Assembly (NCBI RefSeq): GCF_000143415.4 | Contig: NW_003314297.1 | Coordinates: forward strand, 1,155,430-1,219,429 | Direction: 5' to 3' | Origin: Selaginella moellendorffii | Lineage: Eukaryota > Plantae > Lycopodiophyta | Length of the DNA: 64,000 nt | In this document: in pieces, positions 11,115 to 21,017 of the stretch | How the letters are laid out: every line of letters starts with the position of its first letter | Position numbering within the stretch: position 1 is the first letter of the stretch | Notes under the pieces: model-generated | Database searches by the model: none | Told to the model about the DNA's origin: nothing | Seen by the model: the letters and a program-made list of their open reading frames with translations, nothing else | Position numbers and translations under genes: made by a program

Positions 11115-13466
11115 ATGTCCAAGTCTCTCGGATTTCGCTTTCATCGACGATCGTTTGTCTCTGGGCCTCAACTCGCGAGTCTCGAAGGGGCGCTGAAGGG
11201 GATAGATCCGTCACAGCCCCAAAAATGCCAGGAAATCTACACTGCTTTGCTCAAGAGCTACGCTCACAAGCAATCCCTCGACGATGCGCGGCGTCTCCAC
11301 GCTCACATGATCCAAACCGGCTTCGATCGCCTACAAATCCTGGGAAATCTCCTCATCAGCACATACGGGCGGTGTAGAGATCCCGGGAACTCGCAAAGGG
11401 TCTTCGAGAATTTGGAGAGAAGGAACATCTACTCGTGGATCAGCCTCGTCTCTGCGTATGCCCAGAATGGTCACCTCCCGGAATCCTGGAGAGCGTTCGC
11501 GCTCATCCCCCAGCGAAGCATCCCCTGCTGGAACGCGATGATCACTGCTCTCGGCCAAAACGATCGCGCTCCCGCCGCCAGGGAGCTCTTCGATGCAATG
11601 CCGGATCGAGAAACCGCGTCCTGGAACTCGATGATCGTCGGGTATGCCAAGAACGGGCATAGCCGAGAGGGATTCCACCTCTTTCTCGCCATGACCCTCG
11701 AAGGCGTGGAGCCGGACAGGATAACTTTCCTGGGGGTCATCGACGCTTCCGGGAACCTCGGGAACTTGAAGCTGGCGAGGATGATCCACGAGGAGATTCT
11801 CTTGTCGGGTGAATTCCAGCACGACGTCTTCGTTGGAACTGCGATTGTCGGAATGTATGGAAGATGCCGCAGCCCCGACGACGCACAGCGGAGCTTCGAC
11901 TCCATGTCCGTCAAGAACTCCGTGTCGTGGACATCGCTGGCAGTGGCTTACGGACAAAACGGATGCCTTGAGCGCGCGCTGTCGGTGTTTGAGCAGACAC
12001 CCGACAAGACTGTCGTATCGTGGTCGGCTATGGTGGCGGCGTACGCTCAAAACGGCCACTCCAATCTTGCGCTGCTCGTCTTCAAGCTCATGGATCTCCA
12101 CGGCTTCTGTCCAAACCTCTTGACTTTCACCAGCGCTCTGGATGCCTGCGCAAGCTCCTCCGCGATTGGAGACGGCCGGATCCTTCACTCGGAAGCCGCT
12201 GCACTTGAAGTCGATGACGATGTTCATATCGGAGGCGCGCTCGTCAGCATGTATGGGAGCTCCGGGTGCTGCAACGAGGCGAAGTCGGTGTTTGATCGCC
12301 TCCCCGTGAGGAACGAAGTCGTGGCGACTGCGATGATCGGAGCTTACGCCGAGGCGAGTGACTTTCCTGCGGCTCTGACGATCTTCCGGGGCTTGGACCT
12401 CGACGGCTACAAGCACCGCAGTATAACTTTCGTCACCATTCTTAATGCCTGCGATGATCTTCGCCAGGGAAACGCCTTGCACGAGAGGATCATCGCCGCT
12501 GGGCTCGAATCCCACACCATCACTGCCACTGCGCTTACTTGCATGTACAGGAGATGCAAGAGCCTTAGAGATGCCCGGTCCGCCTTTGACAAGCTGCTGG
12601 ATAAGAATGTCGTCAGCTGGACTGCGATGATCGTCGCCTACGTCGAGAACAACGACGAGAGAGAAGCTCTCGGCCTGTTTAAGAAGATGGACGTCGAAGG
12701 AACCAGTCCGGACGTGGTGATCTTGACCACTGTTCTTGATGCCTGTGCCAACATCTCGGATCTCTCCCAAGGACGAGCTATCCACCGTGCTCTCGAGGAT
12801 GGTAGCGTTCCTCTCACCGAAGTGGCTACCGGGTTGATCGACATGTATGGAAAGTGCGGCAGCGTGGTGGACGCCAAGTTGGTCTTTAATGCGCTGGAGG
12901 AACAACTCGGAGCAGAAATGACATTGCCTTGGACTTCCATGGTGACGGCCTTTGCTCAAAACGGGCACGGTCTGGAAGCTGTGGAGCTATTTCGATCAAT
13001 GGAGCTTCACGGCGTCGAGGCCAATGAGATTTCTCTCGTGAGTGTCCTTTGTGCGTGTAGTCACTCGGGCTTGATCACCGAAGGCTTGAGTTACTTCTCC
13101 TCTATTGAACAGGACCGGGGATTAGCTCTTCTGCCTGAACATCAAGTCTGCTGGATAGATCTGCTAGGAAGGATTGGGAAGTTGGAGTTAGCGGAGAATG
13201 CGATGGAGAGTATACCTCTCTCTCGCGACGAGAAGATCATTGCCTGGACAGCTTTTCTTGGAGCTTGCAAAACTCACGACGATGAGAGGCGAGCAAAGCG
13301 TGCTGCTGAGAAGCTTGTGGAGCTGGATTCCAAACTCTCCTCGTCTTACATAATGCTATCCAACGTTCACTCGCTTTCCTGCGAGCTCACCAAACTTGTC
13401 AAGTCATCCAAGGCAGTGTCGAGCACCGCAAAAACAATAGGAAAAAACATACTGGCCAGGCGATGA
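11115..13466 (+). CDS. PLS-class PPR protein with E domain and no DYW (organellar RNA-editing factor type)
   Basis: Intronless 783-aa ORF. Repeated SW(N/T)AMI..YA.NG and P/L/S motifs, VLCACSHSGL, AWTAFLGACKTH, ending shortly after YIMLSNVH. Arg/Ser-rich transit-like N-terminus. Confidence 0.95.
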   Translation: MSKSLGFRFHRRSFVSGPQLASLEGALKGIDPSQPQKCQEIYTALLKSYAHKQSLDDARRLHAHMIQTGFDRLQILGNLLISTYGRCRDPGNSQRVFENLERRNIYSWISLVSAYAQNGHLPESWRAFALIPQRSIPCWNAMITALGQNDRAPAARELFDAMPDRETASWNSMIVGYAKNGHSREGFHLFLAMTLEGVEPDRITFLGVIDASGNLGNLKLARMIHEEILLSGEFQHDVFVGTAIVGMYGRCRSPDDAQRSFDSMSVKNSVSWTSLAVAYGQNGCLERALSVFEQTPDKTVVSWSAMVAAYAQNGHSNLALLVFKLMDLHGFCPNLLTFTSALDACASSSAIGDGRILHSEAAALEVDDDVHIGGALVSMYGSSGCCNEAKSVFDRLPVRNEVVATAMIGAYAEASDFPAALTIFRGLDLDGYKHRSITFVTILNACDDLRQGNALHERIIAAGLESHTITATALTCMYRRCKSLRDARSAFDKLLDKNVVSWTAMIVAYVENNDEREALGLFKKMDVEGTSPDVVILTTVLDACANISDLSQGRAIHRALEDGSVPLTEVATGLIDMYGKCGSVVDAKLVFNALEEQLGAEMTLPWTSMVTAFAQNGHGLEAVELFRSMELHGVEANEISLVSVLCACSHSGLITEGLSYFSSIEQDRGLALLPEHQVCWIDLLGRIGKLELAENAMESIPLSRDEKIIAWTAFLGACKTHDDERRAKRAAEKLVELDSKLSSSYIMLSNVHSLSCELTKLVKSSKAVSSTAKTIGKNILARR

Positions 13467-13492
13467 CAACGTTGATGGATAAAAAAGCTTCG

Positions 13493-14090
13493 TTACAAAT
13501 CTGCCTCGGCATTGCTAAGGTTTTGCAAAATCTCTGACTTGATATCGTCTGGCATAACCGCTGTTGGTCCAGATTTCAAGTAGAAACTCCCAAGCTGCCG
13601 CAAAGCTTTTTCCAAAACTTGATACGAGCTCTGCACATAAACAATGGGAACGAGAAAAGCTATGAACCAGGCTTACTTGTTCTTGGACCTCTTTGGAATT
13701 TTTCCATTTCGTGAGGTACTCCCGAATGGAATCCTTGGCAGTGTTTGCAGCCTCACGGAACTTCTGCTCCTCCTTGGCTGGATCCTTCTGCAAAGCCTCG
13801 CGCAAATTCTTCACTACATCCCGGGCCGCCTTGAGGTAGCTCTTTGGCAGCTTCTTCCCGGACTTCGTCGTCTCGTTTGGATCAAACACCGACAGAATCC
13901 CATCCAGCAAGCTCTCCTCCTTCTTGACACTAGCCTCCTGCTCTGCCCGAGCTGCAGCTGGAGGCGGCGCTACAATAGGAAGCGCGAGCATCGAAAATGC
14001 GAGCTCTCTGCGGCTCCAGATTCCAGGGAAAGATCGTCCGCTGCGATCCAAGGCCAGGATCATACCTGGAATAGAATTCGCGTGCGCCAT
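13493..14090 (-). CDS. PSB27-2: Photosystem II Psb27-H2 / LPA19-like lumenal protein
   Basis: Tat-type SRRE...PPPAAARA transit peptide, FDPNETTKSGKKLPKSYLKAARDVVKNLRE, AKDSIREYL. After a short intron: SSYQVLEKALRQLGSFYLKSGP...LSNAEADL*. Confidence 0.85.
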
Positions 14091-14152
14091 AAAACCCCTA
14101 TCGCCAAGAACCCTAAATTTCATTTCCCGCCAAAGCCACACTTTAAAGTACC

Positions 14153-15400
14153 TCATTTAACCCCAGAGAGAATGGGCCTGTAAGAGATTCCATTGAGCTC
14201 TTCGAACAGCCACTTGAGCTCTGTCATGTCCTTCACGTTGTAATGCGCATTGAAATGGTTTCCTGGGCGAAGAACTGGCTCCGGAGATATCTGCTGGAAA
14301 TCTGTGAGTTTCTTCCGGAACCATTGAAACATCCCGGTTTGTCTTGGTTTTACTTGGCTGCCCGCAGCGAGTTCCTCAAGATTTCCCTCGACAGCAGCAG
14401 CATTTTTGGCGTCGGTCACGCGGCACTTGAAGATTCCGGCAGGATTCACGAGGTCTGGGATTAAATCTGCCGAGACCACCTATGAAAAATTGGATTTTGT
14501 AAGCTCTAGCAGCGAAATGAGATGAGAATGCTTACCACCATGACTTGATTCGCAGGAAGACACCACGTTGAGCAGAGAGAGCTCACCACATCCTCACTGC
14601 AACAAAGTTTTGTCATCGTTTTCTATCATCAAACCAAAAAATCTAGTCCAACCTCAATCCATCTTCGGTGTTCTTGACGCAGTCGAAGCTAAACTTGTGA
14701 AGCAGCTGATCAAGGTATGCTCGCTCCTGGTTTCCATTGCTTGGAGCCACGAGAGCCTGGAGCACTCCTCGTTCCTACGACCAAGAGAAAATTGAGTCAC
14801 CCAGTGCGATAAACCCGCAAGGAAAAGAGCTCTTACTCGAGGCGAAGAAAAGAGAAAAAAAAATTCTTGCCGAGAAATCGAAGATCAAACTCTTCATTCC
14901 TGATTTCTCACCTGCAAGTATCCCAGTAATTGCATCGACCCTCGCACAGCTTCAAACTTGTTGTCCGAAGATATCGATGGCATGGCAAAATTCTCATCGC
15001 CAGCTTCCACACCAAATCGTCCCTGCTGCTCCCTTCTCGATTCCGCGGCCATTCTCCTCGCCATTAGCTTCTCGGCATACTTTGATCTAATGCTCTGCCT
15101 GGACCCGATCAAGCCCTCCAAAATCTCCTTCTCCTCCAATGTCTCCTTCCGCGGCTGCGAATCCGATACTACCCGCTGCTCCACTCCCGGCAGCATTCCC
15201 CCAATCCCGAGCCCAGCGATCACATCGGCTGCTGCCACGGTCCCCTCCACTTCCGAAATGCTCGATCTCGCGCTCACAGATGCGGACGAGCTGCAATCTT
15301 TGCCGCCGCCACCGGCCACGATCGATTTACCGGACGATGCCAGCTGGAGGAACGCTCGACATTCGTAGATCACGCCACGGATCGCAAAGCGCGCCCCCAT
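14153..15400 (-). CDS. Unknown protein (4 exons), weakly HAD-like at both ends
   Basis: Continuous spliced frame MGARFAIRGVIYEC...LLGYLQ|ERGVLQAL...|...CSTWCLPANQVMV|VSAD...HYNVKDMTELKWLFEELNGISYR. Canonical introns. Confidence 0.65.
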
Positions 15401-15420
15401 TTTGCCCTAGCATACATTTC

Positions 15421-15599
15421 CATGCCACGTCATAGCTACATTTGCATGCCACGTCATACTTACTTTATGTCCACGCGTCGCTCCGTTTCGCACACGTCAC
15501 GCGCTAATTGGCTGTTAATCTTCCTACGTGGCGTTCACGTTTACTCCACGTCAAGCGCTCTTGGCGCCAGGTCATTCGGCTATAAGGAGAAACCCTAGT
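15421..15599. promoter_or_regulatory. Bidirectional promoter with clustered ACGT (G/C-box hybrid) elements, TATA-like site and telo-box
   Basis: CATGCCACGTCATA occurs twice (15421, 15444), with further CACGTCA, TACGTGG, CACGTT and CCACGTCA sites. TATAAG at 15581, AAACCCTA at 15590. Confidence 0.55.
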
Positions 15600-15618
15600 G
15601 CTGGGGGAGCTCGCAGCT

Positions 15619-17280
15619 ATGGCGGAGGGCGAGGAGGAATTCGGCGGCAGCTCCAGCGGCAGCAGCGGCAGCATCGACGTGATCCCGGACAGCATCGTCT
15701 CCTCCATTCTCTCCAAGCTCGTCGAGGCGCGGCGCATTGCCCAGGCGGCGACCGTGTGCCGGCGGTGGCGCTACTCCTCCACGGGCGTCCACGTCCTCCG
15801 CCTCGACTTCTTCGGCGATTTCGACCACCGAGGTACTTGCGGCTCGAGCCTGAATAGCGAATCGAGCAGCGAGATCAGCGGCAGCAGCAGCTGTAGCGGC
15901 AGCGATCACCACCGCGGCGATGGCACCGGGGGGCGGCGGCGATCCACGGGCGAGATGCTCCAGATTTACTCGCGGATGCTGGAGCGCTGCTCGGGCCTCC
16001 GGGAGCTCCTCATCGATCGCCTCGTGTGCCGCAGCTCCAGCGGCGAGCAGTTCCTGTACACCTGGGCCACCAATCTCCGCCACTCCCTCGAGGTGTTCCA
16101 TTTCCGGGGCCGATTCGACTTTAGCGGCGCGCTCGTCCGCGCGCTCGCGAACTGCCACAAGCTCCGCAGCCTCGAGTTCGTGGACGAGATGGGTGGAGTT
16201 TGCGGCTGCCAGTGCTCCAAGTTTGAGATCGAGGATGAGAATGGTGGCGCCATCATCTTCCCGAGCTTGCGAAGGTGCGTCTTCCAGGACATGCTCATGA
16301 ACGACTCCAAGCTGGAGAAGTTCGTGAGCCTGTGCCCGGTGCTGGAAGACCTTGAGGCCCTCCATCTCTTCGGCCTGGAAGCTCCCAGTCTCGCCGCCGC
16401 CACCCTGCTTCACTTCAAGCTCGTGTGGAAGCCCAAGAAGGAGAACTGCTTCTACGTGGACGAGACGCCGCTGCGCTGCCTCAAGCTCGCGTGCCCCAGG
16501 CTCGCCAGCCTCGCGGTCGACTGCGTCAAGGAAGTCCATCTCGACGGAGCCACGCTGGTGGAGCTCCGGGCGCTCTGCTACTTCAAGCCCGTGTTTAAGC
16601 GGCCGCCATCTTTGAAGGTGTTGGAGCTCGCGAGCAAAGGCTGGCCGTCGAACGGGATCTACCAGTTCCTGGACATGGCGAAGCAGGCTCGCGAGATCTC
16701 CATGAGGTTGAAGCTCGGCCACCACCACCGGAAGCAGCCGTTCTCGTTCCCGGATATGTTCGAAGGCTTCACGGCGCTGCGAACTCTCAAGATCGGGCTG
16801 GATATGTTTGAGGTCTGTCGATGCTTTAGTCTTGCTCGGAAGTTACAGCTCTCTGATGTGATTTGCCAGGCCTTGCAAGTCGGTAGCTTGTCCGAACCGT
16901 TGCTCCATTCGCGGCCACCGCTCGAGGACGTTACTTTAGTCGCTGACAGTGGAAACAAGAACGCGATCAGCTTGCTGTCAAGTATTCTCGAGTGCGATAC
17001 CTTGTCGACGTTGCGGCTCAGCTTGCTGGAGCGCCCCAGCGGAACGTTTTGCACGAGCTTGCTCAAGCTCCAGTCGCGGTATAACAAGGTCAGCATCGTT
17101 GTGGACGCGCAGGACACGGATGATGAGGACGACGAGAGCGAGTACGAAGATGATCTCTCTTTCTCGGACGCTGACAACGACGAGGAGGATGAAGGCGAAG
17201 AAGAAGATATAGACGAGGACGATTACGAGACAGAAAGGACTCCAAGTGCATCGGAGACAGATTATGAGGACTTGCCTTGA
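15619..17280 (+). CDS. F-box/LRR (RNI-like) protein with acidic C-terminal tail
   Basis: F-box IDVIPDSIVSSILSKL...AATVCRRWR, LRR-like FPSLRRC and CPVLEDL, and an Asp/Glu tail. A probable short in-frame intron lies at about 16814-16870. Confidence 0.85.
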   Translation: MAEGEEEFGGSSSGSSGSIDVIPDSIVSSILSKLVEARRIAQAATVCRRWRYSSTGVHVLRLDFFGDFDHRGTCGSSLNSESSSEISGSSSCSGSDHHRGDGTGGRRRSTGEMLQIYSRMLERCSGLRELLIDRLVCRSSSGEQFLYTWATNLRHSLEVFHFRGRFDFSGALVRALANCHKLRSLEFVDEMGGVCGCQCSKFEIEDENGGAIIFPSLRRCVFQDMLMNDSKLEKFVSLCPVLEDLEALHLFGLEAPSLAAATLLHFKLVWKPKKENCFYVDETPLRCLKLACPRLASLAVDCVKEVHLDGATLVELRALCYFKPVFKRPPSLKVLELASKGWPSNGIYQFLDMAKQAREISMRLKLGHHHRKQPFSFPDMFEGFTALRTLKIGLDMFEVCRCFSLARKLQLSDVICQALQVGSLSEPLLHSRPPLEDVTLVADSGNKNAISLLSSILECDTLSTLRLSLLERPSGTFCTSLLKLQSRYNKVSIVVDAQDTDDEDDESEYEDDLSFSDADNDEEDEGEEEDIDEDDYETERTPSASETDYEDLP

Positions 17281-17307
17281 TACAAGCTGGGAATGCGAGA
17301 TTCAGAG

Positions 17308-20300
17308 TCACTTTCTTGCTGGTCCCCATTTTCGAGCCTGTGGAAAACCAAGTTATCTGCACAGTCCAGGAAGAAGAGGAAAGAATTCCAACCTGAGAAC
17401 CTCTCGTGGATGTTGTCAGTTGAACATCGCCATCGCTGTCGTGCTCGTTCTCCACTTCGTCGTTGTCCTCGTCGTCCACGGACCTCGACTTGGACGATTG
17501 TGTTCTTCCTCGCTTTGGAGTGCTTTGGCCTCTGCCTCGCCCTCTCGACGTTGATGCGGCCCGCTTTCTTCCTTTGGTCGGAGTCGGCTCCTATCAAACC
17601 ACACTTGTGAGGAGAGAAGAACGAGAAGAAATTGCTACTTACCGCGTCACTCTCTGGGTCTTCGGGGTCGTCATTCGCTGATGATGCAGCGACGTCTTCT
17701 TCATCACTGTCTGCTGCTGTTGCTGCGGTTGCAGCAGCACGACTACTAGACCTGTATGGAAAACCGTCGTAGAAACTTTGATGGAAGAATAAATGTATAC
17801 CGTCTGGGACGTGCTCCAATCGCGGTGTCTAGCGTCGTTTGTTTCATGTTTTGTTTTCCTCTGCCTCGGCCCCTTCCTCGACCACGACCTCGTCCGCGGC
17901 CGGTTGGCGCGTCATCCTCATCGTCGTCATCATCACCAACAGCAGCGGCAGAAGCTCTTGACTTTCTCGTAGCGGTGGCTTTTGTAGCTTTAGCTTTGCT
18001 CGCTTTCGTTACCACTGTAGTTCCCGAGATACCAAAATCGTCATCATCGTCGATATCAACTGTTCGTCTCTGGCCAGAAGTCGAGCCTTTCGATTGTGTG
18101 ACTTGCGACCACGGCCGAACTGCATCCGCTAGTGACACACTAGGTGCTTGATTGCGTGGGTCCTATCACAAAATAGGCATTACAGAGAGTCAAGCTTTGA
18201 GGTTTTAACTACCTGCATGTGTTCGGTGACCTTCTCCACAATCTCGCTTTCATCCATTAGTTCCACCTCTTCGTCCTCGAGAAGCTTTTTCTAGATTACG
18301 ATGAAATGGTGTCACAGCTTTGTCCAGTATGATTTGGTGAAAGTTTACCTGCGTTTCTTGAAGCGTGTGCTCCACACACGACTGGAACGCCTGCTTGTCA
18401 TCTTTGTTCACAAAGTCGTGCAATGCCAAACCAAGGACTGACACCGGTAGAATCTCCATTTTCTGCAATCGACGCGATTGTTAGTAGGCAAATCTGATCT
18501 CTGTGCTACGGCGACCAACCAGATTACTCTCTGCTACCAGAGCCTCAATATTTTGCTGGTTTAGCTCCTCAGGTGCAAGAAGTTCTTTTTCGCTTCCAGA
18601 AGCTGGTCAAGGAAAGCTTTCATTCCCCGACGAGGGAATAACAATAGAGATATTACCGTCAAGTCGCTGTTTTTTCTTTGAAGACTTGGTAAATATCAAA
18701 ATGTCATGCGGATTAGCAACCTGCAATTCGGTGCGTTTTATCTTAGTGAAAAAGAGCTGTAGGACTGCAAACCTTGCCGACAAACTTTTGTCCAAATTTT
18801 TGAGGATTTATAGTAGTGCAATCTGTGTAATCCACCTGCAAAAATATCACAAACTAGTCTTTCGGTGTACTTTCAAAAATAATCCTTTACCCTGACACGG
18901 ATGAGAGGGAGCATGCTCTCTTGAGACTGAGACTTGGCAACAGCAGTAGTAATAAGATCTTGCACCTGTAAAAGGCACTTTCGTAAGCGTCCAAGGCAGC
19001 AAAAATTGAAACACTTGCCACTTCTCCCAGATGAGAAAGAACAGAAGTTTGGTCGCTTGGATCAATGCCTTCTATATCCTTCAAGACCACCTGCAGGCAA
19101 CCAACTTAAAAAATATGACGATTGAAGCACGTTCACTTACATCAGTAAATTCAAAAGGCCTGACGGTTTTGAGTGGAACCTTTGTTGGTCGATATTTATT
19201 TCCCTGCAGAGATATTAGAATTCGAAATACAGATAAGTAAATCTTCAAAACCTTGATTTCCAATTGGAGGACATGCTTAGGCTGAGCTTCACCATCCGTC
19301 AATGCGGTTGCAACAGAAGAACCTGGCTGCGTGACGTGGAATCCCATCCCGGGAACTTCCTGCAGAGTAGAACATAAGTGACGATCCGCAACAACAAATC
19401 AGGGTGATCAACCTGTGGGTCCACTATGCACTCGTGCTCGTGACCCCAGACAACAAAATCCAGAAAACGAGCAAGGAAATGCTCATTGATGGCGTTCTTC
19501 GGATTTGTCTTTACTCTAAAATATACCGGAATTATTAAACCACGCCAGAATTTTGATACCTGTTTTGATGCAGCACAAACATATTGAACCACTCAGATGA
19601 CGGGCAGTCCGCATGATCTGCCGGTCGCTTCCATTGAACACCTTCTGGGGTCTGAAAACCAAAAGAAGATACTTTAGCACTAAAATTAAGACTTCACTTC
19701 TAGACCTGAAAAATCCGATTCAAACGTTCATCACGGATATTACCCAGACCATACAAAGCTATCTTTGTTGAGCCCTGCATAAGAGAAATAGGGAAGAGAT
19801 AATAGTTAAATGAGAGACGGTCTGAAAAAAGTTACCTTTCGAAGAAGAATGGGATGTAGTGCAATTTTTCCAACACCGGAGCCACCAAGGTCGACCTTCC
19901 CAAAGTAGTTCACTAGATTTGAAGACGCCAGGATGTCAATCGCTGATATGTTGTCCTGTACAAAACGTACTTCGTGAAAACCACGAGCTTATGCATCGGA
20001 AACTCTTACCACTCCAGCAGGATCGTCGTGATTCCCATGGATGGTGAACACCGGAAGGCCAACATTGTAGTGCGCATCTTCGTAGTTAACATGGCCAAAC
20101 CTGAGTAAAAGACAATTGTAAGTCTGTTGAGAAAAAGAAAAGAAAGACAAATACTTGTTTGGGAAGTTGATGGTCTGATCGCTCACGACTTGGAATTGGA
20201 CCGGCAGATCGTTGAGGCAATAGCGACGAAGAATATCGATCGTCTTCACCAGCGTGGTAGACGACGGACGATTTTCATGGAACAAATCCCCTCCCAGGAG

Positions 20301-20559
20301 CATAAAATCGACCTGGCCTCCACTCCAAATCAATTCAACTTGCTGCACAAAGTCACATATCTCACCTGGCGCTCGAAAGCAATCCGGCATATTTCATCGA
20401 ATGTCCTGAAAGAATCCTGGCGCCGAATCTCATCCTTCTCCAAATACCCCAGATGACAATCCGTCGCGATCAGGATCCTAAATGTGTCGGGATCGAGATC
20501 CTCCCTAGCAAGCGCGCCGCACATCGATCAACTACGCGAAATTTTCCAGAGACTTACAT
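17308..20559 (-). CDS. MRE11: Double-strand break repair nuclease MRE11 (about 20 exons)
   Basis: RILIATDCHLGY, LLGGDLFHENRPS, VFTIHGNHDDP, VWGHEHEC, HVTQPGSSVAT and a GAR motif RGRGRGRGRGRGRG. Last exon ARKWGPARK* with stop at 17308-17310. Confidence 0.97.
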
Positions 20560-20720
20560 TGGACGCTCCCGCCCAGACGAAGAACCCTAAACCCCCTCTA
20601 CACCCCAATGGAGGAGAATATTCCGCTAGTTACAGTTAAGTCTACTTCCGCCTTTTCCGTTTACACGGTTTGCATAAGGCTATAACGGTAACCAGTAGAA
20701 GCTCCACCCTTCGATGTGAC

Positions 20721-20733
20721 AGATCCAACGGCT
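20721..20733 (+). promoter_or_regulatory. MSA (M-phase-specific activator) element in the MRE11/J-protein divergent promoter
   Basis: AGATCCAACGGCT matches the MYB3R site YCYAACGGYY. A second TAACGGTA lies at about 20683. Confidence 0.45.
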
Positions 20734-21017
20734 AGCTTGACAATCCACTCGTCCAGATAAAGGCTGTCCGATCCAGGCTATCGGACGGAAGAGAGCTCGA
20801 TAGGACGAACACTTCTTCCTAGGTCGATCCACGGCGACAAGGATTGGAAGACGCTCAATCGCGTCGTCCAGGATTCGTGATTCAGGTAGCTCATTCACAG
20901 CACCGGCGAAGGGAAAGGGATGGGCTCCATGAAAATCTTCGCAGCGTCGATGGTGTAGGTTTTCGACTCTAGTATCGAAATATTTCCGAGAATGAGCGCT
21001 GAGGCGTAGATTTAGCG

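Noticed and set aside
11331-12968. 545-aa antisense ORF (also 15595-16728, 32100-33098 and 32111-32848)
   Set aside because: These are shadow ORFs opposite GC3-rich PPR, F-box and LRR exons, with no motifs of their own.
20584-20593. AAACCCTA motifs (also 11003, 14109, 15590, 36896, 59632) as telomerase-RNA template or telomere relic
   Set aside because: They are single copies next to gene starts, i.e. ordinary telo-boxes. No USE/TATA Pol III promoter accompanies them.
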